64,000 bases of DNA from Nitrosopumilus sp. (GTDB lineage Archaea; Thermoproteota; Nitrososphaeria; Nitrososphaerales; Nitrosopumilaceae): NCBI GenBank assembly GCA_965207075.1, contig CBDBLO010000002.1:832001-896000 (forward strand). Direction: 5' to 3'. Below, piece by piece: positions 30,121-39,553 of the stretch. Both the position numbers and the translations under genes were made by a program. Below the pieces are notes generated by a model that searched no databases, had not been told where the DNA came from, and saw only the letters and a program-made list of their open reading frames with translations. Every line of letters starts with the position of its first letter. Position 1 is the stretch's first letter.

Positions 30121-30278
30121 GCTACGGCTGACACCTCGTGCACAAATAACAGTTGTCACCGGCCGCCACCGCCACACCTCATGCCGGACACCGTACGCTG
30201 TACCTGCCGGCTGCGCAGATCGTATGCCCAAATATCGTGCCTGCGGCTCTTTTAAGCACGTACCGGGATATTGTACAC

Positions 30279-30854
30279 GTGGAGATCTACATTCTCAGGC
30301 ATGGCAAGGCGGAGGAGCGCTCGTCCGGCATCTCAAGTGATGCAAAGCGTAGGCTGACAGAGTCCGGCAGGAACGAGATGGAGCAGGTTGCGTCTGGAAT
30401 CACAGCGCTTGGGATACGTCCCGATCGTATAATATCAAGCCCGCTTGTCAGGGCCCGTGAGACTGCCGAGATCATACGCAGACGCCTGCTGCTTGAACAG
30501 GACTCGGGCCGGGGCCCCGCCCGGATCGGCATATGGCAGGAACTAAAGCCCGAGTCGGACGTGCTGGGTGCACACGGACGGCTGGCCGCAATGGCCCCGG
30601 ATTCGGGCGTGATGCTTGTGGGACACGAGCCGCATCTATCGTCACTGGCATCCTCTATGATAACCCGGCGCCCCGGGCGGACCGCGGCGCGCGATAGGCG
30701 CGCGTACGCGGACGCGCCCGACGCGGCCATAAATCTCAAAAAGGGCGGGCTTGCAATCATACGTGCAAACGCGGATGCGCGGGTGATGAGGGGGTTTCTG
30801 CGAAGCCTGATGACTCCAAAGCAGCTGAGGCTGTGCCGCCGCGCAGCTCGCTGA
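30279..30854 (+). CDS. sixA: SixA-type phosphohistidine phosphatase
   Basis: LRHGKAE, D..R.LT..G, SSPLVRARETA, LVGHEP, LKKGG. Confidence 0.88.
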   Translation: MEIYILRHGKAEERSSGISSDAKRRLTESGRNEMEQVASGITALGIRPDRIISSPLVRARETAEIIRRRLLLEQDSGRGPARIGIWQELKPESDVLGAHGRLAAMAPDSGVMLVGHEPHLSSLASSMITRRPGRTAARDRRAYADAPDAAINLKKGGLAIIRANADARVMRGFLRSLMTPKQLRLCRRAAR

Positions 30855-31056
30855 CGCCCCCTCATGCGGCGCAACGCGAGTTATCGGCCGCGGGTCGTTA
30901 TGCCCGCATATTACGCGTTGGCGCACCGGGAATGAGCCGCGATCGTGACACCTGCGATCGAAAAATGCACAAAGCGCGGCGCCGTGGCCGGGCCGCCGCC
31001 GGCATAGTCGCGATTGAACCCAATTGTTATTATTAATGCGGTTTGGCGTTAGCGTG

Positions 31057-32778
31057 ATGATGCCGGAGCTGCACGCCGCAATTGCCTCTGCGCGACGCAT
31101 TGAGACGTCACGGATCCCCGCGGAGGTGGCCCGGGGGGAATCAAACAGGCCCGCCGCGTCCGTGCTTGATCTGGGATCAAACTCTGTAAAACTCTCGCAC
31201 TATACTATGGACGCGCACAACGACTTCAAGCTCTACCACCAGAGATCCGTGCGCCTGCGCCTCTTTGAGGGGCTCAAGGGCGGGGTCATGCAGCCCGAGT
31301 ACGTGGATCGCATGGTCGAGACGCTCAGGCTGTTCCGTGAGGCGATAGACTTTGAGGGAATACGGCACGTGGTTGCGGTGGCGACCAGCGCAGTACGCGA
31401 TGCGAAGAACCGCCGCGACATAATAGATCGCATACGTCAAGAGACCGGCCTTGACTTTAAGATACTGTCAGACAGGGACGAGGCCCTCTATTCGTACACG
31501 GGGGCCGTGCGCATGCTGCACATCCCGTCGGTGCTCTTCTTTGACATTGGCGGGGGAAGCCTAGAGGTCGTCACTGCAAAGAACTACAAGGTAAAAAGCG
31601 CGCACTCTTTCCCACTCGGCTCCCTGCGGCTGACGCAAAAGTTCGCCGAAGATCCCAAGTACGAGGACGTGGACTTTGAAGCCATGAAAAAGTACATCGG
31701 CAAGGCGCTGCCGTCCCTGAAGGACTTGGAGATAAAGGACGGCGAGCTGTATCTGGCGGGCGACGGCGGCAGTACGGGCAGTGACAATGGCACCAGCGAT
31801 GCCGGCGGCGGCAACGACGATGGCAATGATCACAGTGACAAGGGCGGCCGCGACGACGCCGTCGGGACCGGGCCTCCTGCAGTCGTCATGGTGGGGGTCG
31901 GCGGGGTGCTCCGCTCGCTTACCAAATACGTGCAGGATGCCAAGGGCTATCCGCTCTCAAAGACCCACAACTACCAGCTCTCAGTGACCGACCTTGAGGA
32001 CATATGGAGAAAGATACGCGACATGACTCCTGACAAGATTGCAAAGATTCCTACAATAAACTCCTCGCGGGCGGACACCCTGCGCGCCTCCGTACTCGTA
32101 ATAATGTCGTTCCTCAAAAGCGTAAAATGCGAAAGGCTGACTGTCAGCGCGCACGGGCTGCGAGAGGGCGCGCTTGCGCTGTCAATACAGCACCCGGCCG
32201 CGTTCAAGTCGCAGCACATAGACGAGCAGCACATCCGGGAGACGGTCCTCAGCGCGGTCTCCCCGTCTTCGGCCCTCGTATCGTCCAAAATCGACGCGCT
32301 TGTGGAACTCCTCCTGTCTGCAAATCTTCTGCACCCGGTCGACCGGCCCGTAATCCGATACGCTCTGGAGCAGACGGACCGCCTGAGGTCGTTTAGGGAC
32401 ATCTCAAACATACTGTATACCATAATGGACGACGACTCGCACCTGAGCCACGGCGACCAGCTTGCCGCCGCTCTGGCCCTGATGCACCTGAGAAAGCGCC
32501 GCAAGGCGGACATAAACCTGCTCAACTTTGGCTCCATAGCCCGCTCGTACGACAAAAAACGGATACGCCGGATGTCGGCTATTGTGCTTGCGTACCAGAT
32601 ACTGGAGAAGTCTTCGGCCGACATGGTTCCGGAGTTTGGCAAGGGCGGCTCCGTCACGCTTGCCGTGCGCGCGCCGTCCGGAAGCCGCTTTCCGCACCTC
32701 ATGTTCAAGGAAGCGTGCTCCCAGCTGGAGGACGCGTTTGGAATCCCATTCCGTCCGGACATCCGGGTCATCGGGTGA
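31057..32778 (+). CDS. ppx: Ppx/GppA exopolyphosphatase
   Basis: DLGSNSVKL, ATSAVRDAKN, DIGGGSLE, LGSLRL, RADTL, GLREG. Confidence 0.9.
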   Translation: MMPELHAAIASARRIETSRIPAEVARGESNRPAASVLDLGSNSVKLSHYTMDAHNDFKLYHQRSVRLRLFEGLKGGVMQPEYVDRMVETLRLFREAIDFEGIRHVVAVATSAVRDAKNRRDIIDRIRQETGLDFKILSDRDEALYSYTGAVRMLHIPSVLFFDIGGGSLEVVTAKNYKVKSAHSFPLGSLRLTQKFAEDPKYEDVDFEAMKKYIGKALPSLKDLEIKDGELYLAGDGGSTGSDNGTSDAGGGNDDGNDHSDKGGRDDAVGTGPPAVVMVGVGGVLRSLTKYVQDAKGYPLSKTHNYQLSVTDLEDIWRKIRDMTPDKIAKIPTINSSRADTLRASVLVIMSFLKSVKCERLTVSAHGLREGALALSIQHPAAFKSQHIDEQHIRETVLSAVSPSSALVSSKIDALVELLLSANLLHPVDRPVIRYALEQTDRLRSFRDISNILYTIMDDDSHLSHGDQLAAALALMHLRKRRKADINLLNFGSIARSYDKKRIRRMSAIVLAYQILEKSSADMVPEFGKGGSVTLAVRAPSGSRFPHLMFKEACSQLEDAFGIPFRPDIRVIG

Positions 32779-32899
32779 CGCACGTGCGCCCACCCTGCCG
32801 CGGTGGGCCCACCCTGCCTCAGTGCGTCACTGCGGCGCGCGGGGCAACCCTGCAGATTATTTGCAAGACTTATAGTCTATTTGCGGGCAAAAACCATGC

Positions 32900-33688
32900 A
32901 TGATGGTTGTATCCTCGCGCTCCAGCGCCGCGGACGGCGATTACGGCGCCACGGGACATGCGGGGGCCAAAAAGGCCGAAGCCGGGAGGCGCCGCCCGCG
33001 TAGGGGGGACGTCCCTGGCAAGCTTATCGTAGTCGAGGGGATAGACGGCTCTGGCAAGTCTACCCAGTTGTTGTTGCTTGAAAAGTGGCTGCGGTACAAC
33101 ATGTTTGAGGTCTTTCGCACGGAATGGAACTCTTCGGATATAGTCCGTTCCATAACATCCAAGGGCAAGAAAAAGGAAGCCCTGACACCCACCACGTTCA
33201 GCCTTCTTCACGCGACGGACTTTGCCGATCGATTTGAGCGGCACATACTGCCGCTGCTTCATGCCGGCTATTTCGTGCTGGCCGATAGGTACGTCTACAC
33301 CGCGTACGCCAGGGACGTGACCCGGGGCTGCGACCCGGCATGGGTCCGCAAGGTCTACGACTTTGCCATAAAACCCGACATTACATTCTACTTTAGGGTG
33401 CCTCTTGACACCGCGATGGACCGCATATTGTCCGGCAGACCAAAACTGAAATTTTATGAAGCCGGCGCCGATCTGAACCTCTCAAAGGACCTCTACGAGA
33501 GCTTTAGGATATTCCAACACCGCATCGTAGAGCAGTATGAGGCGATGCACAAGCGCGAGAGCTTCGTGGTTATGGATGCCACGATGCCCATACACGAACA
33601 GCAAATGATCATGCGGGCCAAGGTGCGCAAGATGCTTCCAAAGAAGCTCAAGAAGAAGACGGTTCTGGAGGTGCCCGGGCACGTCTGA
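32900..33688 (+). CDS. Thymidylate-kinase-like protein, putative PPK3 polyphosphate kinase subunit A
   Basis: EGIDGSGKST P-loop, HATDFADR, LADRYVYT, FYEAGAD; context ppx/CHAD/sixA. Confidence 0.8.
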   Translation: MMVVSSRSSAADGDYGATGHAGAKKAEAGRRRPRRGDVPGKLIVVEGIDGSGKSTQLLLLEKWLRYNMFEVFRTEWNSSDIVRSITSKGKKKEALTPTTFSLLHATDFADRFERHILPLLHAGYFVLADRYVYTAYARDVTRGCDPAWVRKVYDFAIKPDITFYFRVPLDTAMDRILSGRPKLKFYEAGADLNLSKDLYESFRIFQHRIVEQYEAMHKRESFVVMDATMPIHEQQMIMRAKVRKMLPKKLKKKTVLEVPGHV

Positions 33689-33728
33689 TGCGAGTGACTT
33701 TGCATCCATACGCGACGCGTCCGGGACG

Positions 33729-34694
33729 GTGGTAGCAGAGGCGCGCGCCGCACATGGCCGCGTCATGCATGACGATGCCGGGGAGGGCTCTGAGGATAGC
33801 GACGCGTCCGGCGATTTCGGGGCCGGCGACACCACTGAGGAGTATTCTGACAGCCACGCGTACTATGACTCTGACATATACCGCCAGCTTGCAGGAGTGG
33901 GGGATGCCGCCACGGCCGGCGTCGGCAGCCGCGGTGCCGGTACCGGTGGTGGCGCTGGCAGCAGCGGCAGCAACATGGGCGGCATGAAATCCCGCAAGCC
34001 CAGATGGTACGGAACAAAAAAGTTCGGCGGGCTGCACTATCTACGCGACATCGAGATAGCGGGGCGCCTGATCGTAATAGAGGGGCCCGACGCGTCCGGG
34101 AGAAGCACCCAGATCGAGTTGCTCACCACACAGCTGGAGGCAGAAGGGTACGCCGTGCTAAACACGGGACTCACCCGTTCGGAGATAATCGGCCAGGGCA
34201 TACTAGAGGCCAAGCGCAACATCTCGCTTGGGGTGAGGACGCTTGCAATGTTTTATGCGGCCGACTTTGCAGATCAGCTAGAGCACAAGATCATACCGGC
34301 ACTGCAGGCGGGCTACGTGGTACTGGCAGACCGGTACATCTACACGCTCATGGCGCGAAACACAGTACGCGGCATCAGGCGTAGCTGGTCAAGCAACCTG
34401 TACAGCTTTGCACTCGTGCCGGACATGACCTTTTACCTTGATGTGGACCCGTACGTGCTTGTACACCGCGTCTTTGCAAAGAGGCAGAGCTTGGACTATT
34501 ACGAGTCGGGAGCCGACATGGGCATATCAAAGAACATGTACGACTCTTTCATAAAATACCAGCAGAGGCTCGCCCGGGAGTTTGGGATCTTGGAGCAAAA
34601 GTACGACCTCAACATCGTAAACGGAAACCGCCCCACAGACGTCATAAACGCCGGGCTCAAGAAGCAGATCCTGCGGTATCTCTCAAAGGCATAA
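33729..34694 (+). CDS. Thymidylate-kinase-like protein, putative PPK3 subunit B (variant P-loop)
   Basis: EGPDASGRST, YAADFADQLE, LADRYIYT, YYESGAD; low-complexity N-terminal extension; start uncertain. Confidence 0.8.
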   Translation: MVAEARAAHGRVMHDDAGEGSEDSDASGDFGAGDTTEEYSDSHAYYDSDIYRQLAGVGDAATAGVGSRGAGTGGGAGSSGSNMGGMKSRKPRWYGTKKFGGLHYLRDIEIAGRLIVIEGPDASGRSTQIELLTTQLEAEGYAVLNTGLTRSEIIGQGILEAKRNISLGVRTLAMFYAADFADQLEHKIIPALQAGYVVLADRYIYTLMARNTVRGIRRSWSSNLYSFALVPDMTFYLDVDPYVLVHRVFAKRQSLDYYESGADMGISKNMYDSFIKYQQRLAREFGILEQKYDLNIVNGNRPTDVINAGLKKQILRYLSKA

Positions 34695-34718
34695 TGATAA
34701 TGGTGGTGATGGTGGCGC

Positions 34719-35870
34719 ATGGCTCACACAAGGTCCAAAACTACGCACGGGGAATATGACGATCATGGGCGGGGCGTCCCCATCGTCGCCGCCGACGCCT
34801 ACACTACCACTGCTGCCGTTGACACTGCCCCCGACACTTACGTGACCGCCTCGGCACACGGCCTCGTCCCTGACGCTGCGGGCGCGGTGACGGATATTGT
34901 GGACTCCGGAGGAAAGCCGCCTAAAAAGGGCGGGCCGCGCCCAGTCCGGGGCAACGATACTGACACTACAAGGCCGTACCACAACGCAATGCGCAGGCGC
35001 TACGATCTCTTTGCAAAGCGCCTTGAGGCATACCTGTCCAGTCCGGGCGAGGAACAGCTGCACGACCTGCGCACGTCCATACGCCGGCTCGAATCCACGT
35101 ATGGCGCACTGCCAAAGTCAGAAAGGCCCGCGCGATGCGGCAAGCTGATGTCCGCTGCAAGGGACCTGTTCCGCGGGACCGGCCCGCTGCGGGACTCTGA
35201 TGTCGTATCGGGCATGCTGATTAAGCTGGGCGTTCCGGCCGACTCGGAGGCGGTTGTAAAACTCTGCCGCGGCAGGGAGGGCGTCCTTGGGGACGCGCTA
35301 TTCCGCGCCAGGAAGATTGCGGCGCTCAAACCGCTGTCTGGAGCAGTGGACAGGATTGACCGGCACAAGATGGCGTTCAAGCGCAGGCGCATGATCTGGT
35401 CGCTCTTTGATGACGTGCGTGGCATCTCTGTAACAGTGACCTCTGACGAGTCAAAGGTTGAGGAGCTTCATGCCATGCGGAAGATGGTAAAGAGGCTCCG
35501 CTACCTGCTGGAAGACGAGACCCAGTACAGGACATATTGTCGCGTCGCTGCAGCTGCCCCTGCCGGTACGAGCGCTGCCATATCGCCTGGTAATGACGCC
35601 AGTTGCAGCGTCAATGACGCCCAAAACTATGATGCATCGCTGTCGAGGGTCTTGGACAGCGTAAGGCAGGTCCAGGAATCGACTGGCACCATACACGACT
35701 GCGACATTGCACTACAGTACGTCACTGCAAACTATGCCAGTCTTGGGGACGGCGCCGCAGGAATCTTCGATGCGATTCAAAAGCGCCGCCACAAAACCTA
35801 CCTGGATCTTGTGGGCGCGCACGATGATGACGCGCCCTCCGCGACGCGTCCCAAAACGGAACCGTCTTGA
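34719..35870 (+). CDS. CHAD-domain polyphosphate-binding protein
   Basis: LHDLRTSIRRL, LRDSDV, LHAMRKMVKRLRY, GTIHDCDI. Confidence 0.85.
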   Translation: MAHTRSKTTHGEYDDHGRGVPIVAADAYTTTAAVDTAPDTYVTASAHGLVPDAAGAVTDIVDSGGKPPKKGGPRPVRGNDTDTTRPYHNAMRRRYDLFAKRLEAYLSSPGEEQLHDLRTSIRRLESTYGALPKSERPARCGKLMSAARDLFRGTGPLRDSDVVSGMLIKLGVPADSEAVVKLCRGREGVLGDALFRARKIAALKPLSGAVDRIDRHKMAFKRRRMIWSLFDDVRGISVTVTSDESKVEELHAMRKMVKRLRYLLEDETQYRTYCRVAAAAPAGTSAAISPGNDASCSVNDAQNYDASLSRVLDSVRQVQESTGTIHDCDIALQYVTANYASLGDGAAGIFDAIQKRRHKTYLDLVGAHDDDAPSATRPKTEPS

Positions 35871-36191
35871 AGTCGATAAATGATTCGGACGTTCCGTGCC
35901 CGTGTGAAATCGTTCGGCAGGGTGGGCTCTGCATGGGATATGGACATGTTCGGGGGTGCTTGGGGGCGCTCCTGAAACGCCCGAGGGCCATGACGCGCCG
36001 TTTTGCATAGGCGAGGGCAAGGATGAAAATCTAGTCGTCGTTCGTCATGGGACTCACCAAGCGACAGCGTGAAATAATGGTGGCGCCGGTATCTGAAAAG
36101 GCAAGGTTTGTCGATCCCCCGGCGGCCGTAGTTATGGCCACACCGACATCGTGGTCGGTGCTGTTTATATCTGCACACGGGAACGGGACGA

Positions 36192-36820
36192 GGTGGACGA
36201 CACGAAAAAGAAGTTCCTGGGACTGGTTTACCTGATAATAGGGCAATATCGTTACTTTCCGGACTCTCTTCCACTGCGTAAGTATATCACTACTATGAAA
36301 ACATTCCAGTTGATCTTCTGGCGCTTCTGATCCTCTCGTATGCGCTGAGCGGAATCACATTCTTTTTTGGCATCAGATGTGTTAAATAAGGACCTGTTCC
36401 AGTTTTTCCCTGAACAAGTACGTCAAAATCTCGTTACTCGTACCCGCGGGAATAGTAGTGTATCTTGTGTTCGCCAACCTGTATGTTCATAGTATTATTC
36501 CCGAAGTATACCAAAGATACGATTCAAACGAGCACGTCCTGGCCTTTAGGGAGGCGTATAACTCCGGAAGTATGACTACGACGTTTAGCATCTTTTGGGG
36601 CGTTGATGCAATAAGCTATTCCGACACGAGGGGAATCAAGTCTGCGGAGCTTGTGATACACGTCAGTGAGGATGAACGCATGGAACTGAACTGCTATGAC
36701 GACGTGTTTAGCGAAAAACCCGTCAAGTTCCACAGCGTGGACTCCCCGTCAATCGACGACATCGCATCGTCAGTTTCCATCTGCGGTTTCAACGACATGG
36801 GCCGCCTCATCCCGCCCTGA
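36192..36820 (+). pseudogene. Degraded lower-GC membrane/exported protein gene
   Basis: Hydrophobic fragments (KKKFLGLVYLIIG / VDLLALLILSYALSGITFFFG / ISLLVPAGIVVYLVF) split by stops and frameshifts before intact 3' ORF 36458-36820. Confidence 0.5.
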
Positions 36821-37204
36821 TCATATTGCAGGTACAAAACGGCACCGGCAAGGCCTGGGGACATGCGCAGCGCGTTCGGGTCCGGACTCTCGGAGGCCAG
36901 CCGCATGCGCGCGTGTCTTGACACGCAGCTGCGGGCGGTGGATGCGCCCCGCGGACGTATGCACGTCACACCCCGCCCGCCAGAACCAAAATCCGGATTG
37001 GCACGGGTTCGTACGTATTTCAGAATTTGAGAGAGGGCCGACGTGTAAGCGGAATTGCCGGATTCTTATCCTGGTGCGGTTTGGAGGCGTGCAACATATC
37101 GCGCCCCGCAATCCGCGGTTGGCCGGCCGTGCAAAAAGAGCCCGGACCGCGCCCTCCTGCCTGCATCCTGCTAGAGTTAATAGACGCGGCGTGTCCTGAC
37201 GTCC

Positions 37205-38032
37205 ATGGCGCTTGCCGAGTCGGCGGTATTTGGCATGCTGCAGGGCGTCCTTGAGTGGCTTCCGATATCAAGCACGGGCGAGCTCGTCATTATAATGACC
37301 GGGATATTCGGGTACGCGCCACAGGACGCGGCGGACCTGTCGTTTTTCCTGCACCTTGGAACGGCTGGCTCGGCCGTCCTCTACCTGCGCCGGGACATCG
37401 CACGCATACTCCGCAGCGCAGGCGGTTACCGCCCCGGATACGGCAACCCCTCCGACGGCATGATCACGTTCCTGGTAGTATCCACGCTCCTGAGCGGGGC
37501 GCTCGGGTTCTCCGTGTTTGCGCTTGCAACGGATGCGGGCGCCGCGTCCGGCGAGTTCCTGCTCGGACTGGTCGGGATCGCGCTGATAGCGACGGGGATA
37601 ATCCTGTATGCCACCAAGAGGCGGCAGGGCCCTGCCGCGTATGCCGCCGGCCTAAAGTCCGCCGAGTCGCTCAACTTGCGCGACACCGTGCTTCTTGGGG
37701 TGGCCCAGGCGTTCTCCGCCCTGCCCGGGCTGTCCCGGTCCGGCGTCACGGTCTCCGCGCTTCTCCTGCGCGGATACTCTGCGCCCGAGGCCCTGCGCCT
37801 CTCCTTTTTGATGGGCATCCCCGCCGTGCTGACGGCCCAGGCGGGGCTACTGCTCGTGTACGGCCTCCCGGATGCCGAGCCCGCCGAACTGCTGGTGGGG
37901 CTTGCGCTCTCGTTCGCGTTCGGGTACCTGTCCATGCGCGTACTTGTGGGCATAGCGGGCAGGGTCAGCTTTTGGTGGTTTGCAATCATAATGGGCTGCG
38001 TCGCGCTGCTCTCGTTTGCGGGCCTGTTCTGA
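37205..38032 (+). CDS. uppP: Undecaprenyl-diphosphate phosphatase (BacA/UppP family)
   Basis: QGVLEWLPISSTG, LHLGT, AQAFSALPGLSRSGVT, SFLMGIP. Confidence 0.88.
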   Translation: MALAESAVFGMLQGVLEWLPISSTGELVIIMTGIFGYAPQDAADLSFFLHLGTAGSAVLYLRRDIARILRSAGGYRPGYGNPSDGMITFLVVSTLLSGALGFSVFALATDAGAASGEFLLGLVGIALIATGIILYATKRRQGPAAYAAGLKSAESLNLRDTVLLGVAQAFSALPGLSRSGVTVSALLLRGYSAPEALRLSFLMGIPAVLTAQAGLLLVYGLPDAEPAELLVGLALSFAFGYLSMRVLVGIAGRVSFWWFAIIMGCVALLSFAGLF

Positions 38033-38045
38033 CTCTCCCGCACCT

Positions 38046-38073
38046 TTAGCTGCGCCTATTTAGCTCTGCCTAT
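38046..38073. promoter_or_regulatory. Tandem 14-bp imperfect palindromes upstream of sufB (putative metalloregulator operator)
   Basis: TTAGCTGCGCCTAT followed by TTAGCTCTGCCTAT, just before TATA-like TTTATAATA. Confidence 0.5.
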
Positions 38074-38115
38074 TTTCCCACATCTATTTATAATAACGAC
38101 GTTATGTCGTGTGTG

Positions 38116-39516
38116 ATGGCAACTGAGAACCTTGAGATGGATTATTCAAAGTATGACTTTAAGGATTCTACTGAGATGTACGTCCACCTGAGCAAGAAGG
38201 GGCTCACAAAGGAGACGGTAATTGGAATCAGCAAGATGAAGGACGAGCCGCAGTGGATGCTCGACTTTAGGCTGAGATCGTTTGAGACGTTTATGAAGAA
38301 ACCCATGCCCACGTGGGGCGGCGACTTGAGTACGATCGACTTTCAGAACATCTACTATTACGCAAAGGCGTCAGAAAAGACCGAGAAGAGCTGGGACGAC
38401 GTTCCGGCCGACGTAAAGAACACCTTTGACAAGCTCGGAATTCCAGAGGCCGAGAAGAAGTTCCTGGCCGGCGTCGGGGCCCAGTACGAGTCTGAGGTCG
38501 TATACCACAACCTCCGGGAGGACCTGCAAAAGCAGGGCGTGATGTTCCTTGACACGGACTCGGCGCTAAAGGAGCAGCCCGAGATATTCCGCAAGTACTT
38601 TGGCAAGGTCATACCGCCCGAGGACAACAAGTTTGCGGCCCTCAACAGCGCGGTCTGGAGCGGCGGCTCGTTCATCTACGTGCCGCCGGGCGTAAAGGTC
38701 GACATGCCACTCCAGGCGTACTTTAGGATAAACGCGGAGAATATCGGGCAGTTTGAGCGCACCCTGATCATCGTAGACGAGGGCGCAGACGTCCACTACA
38801 TAGAGGGGTGCACGGCCCCCGTATACTCGTCCGAGTCGCTGCACTCTGCGGTGGTGGAGCTGGTGGCCCACAAGGACGCCCACCTGCGGTATACCACAAT
38901 CCAGAACTGGAGCAACGACGTGTACAACCTGGTGACAAAGCGCGCCTACGCGTACGAAGGGGCCACGGTGGAATGGATTGACGGCAACATAGGAAGCCGC
39001 CTCACGATGAAGTACCCGGGAGTGTACCTGATGGGGCAGCGCGCCTACGGCGAGACGTTGTCAATCGCCTTTGCAGGCAAGGGACAGCACCAGGACACGG
39101 GCGCCAAGATGGTGCACCTGGCGCCAAACACCAAGTCAAAGATCACCTCCAAGTCGGTGAGCAGACATGACGGACGCTCCACGTACCGCGGGCTGCTCAA
39201 CGTGGCAAAGGGCGCGACCAACGTAAAATCGACCGTAAGGTGCGACGCGCTGCTTCTTGATGACACGTCGAAGACCGACACGTACCCGTACATGGAGATA
39301 AACCAGGAGGACGCCACCATTACGCACGAGGCCACCGTAGGCAAGATCGGCGACGACCAGATATTCTATTTGATGAGCCGGGGCTTTACGGAGGAGGAGG
39401 CCCTGTCGCTGATAGTAAACGGGTTCATGGAGCCGTTCACAAAGGAGCTTCCGATGGAGTATGCGGTGGAGCTGAACCGGCTGATAAAGCTCGAGATGGA
39501 CGACTCCGTGGGGTGA
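38116..39516 (+). CDS. sufB: Fe-S cluster assembly protein SufB
   Basis: [48 protein letters not shown]. Confidence 0.97.
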   Translation: MATENLEMDYSKYDFKDSTEMYVHLSKKGLTKETVIGISKMKDEPQWMLDFRLRSFETFMKKPMPTWGGDLSTIDFQNIYYYAKASEKTEKSWDDVPADVKNTFDKLGIPEAEKKFLAGVGAQYESEVVYHNLREDLQKQGVMFLDTDSALKEQPEIFRKYFGKVIPPEDNKFAALNSAVWSGGSFIYVPPGVKVDMPLQAYFRINAENIGQFERTLIIVDEGADVHYIEGCTAPVYSSESLHSAVVELVAHKDAHLRYTTIQNWSNDVYNLVTKRAYAYEGATVEWIDGNIGSRLTMKYPGVYLMGQRAYGETLSIAFAGKGQHQDTGAKMVHLAPNTKSKITSKSVSRHDGRSTYRGLLNVAKGATNVKSTVRCDALLLDDTSKTDTYPYMEINQEDATITHEATVGKIGDDQIFYLMSRGFTEEEALSLIVNGFMEPFTKELPMEYAVELNRLIKLEMDDSVG

Positions 39517-39553
39517 CCGTCCTGCCCGCCCGCTGCCTGTGAGTTGATATGCA

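Noticed and set aside
36980-37074. Weak inverted repeat (CCAGAACCAAAATCCGG / CCGGATTCTTATCCTGG) as a MITE or ncRNA
   Set aside because: Only about 12/17 matches, no target duplication or second copy seen
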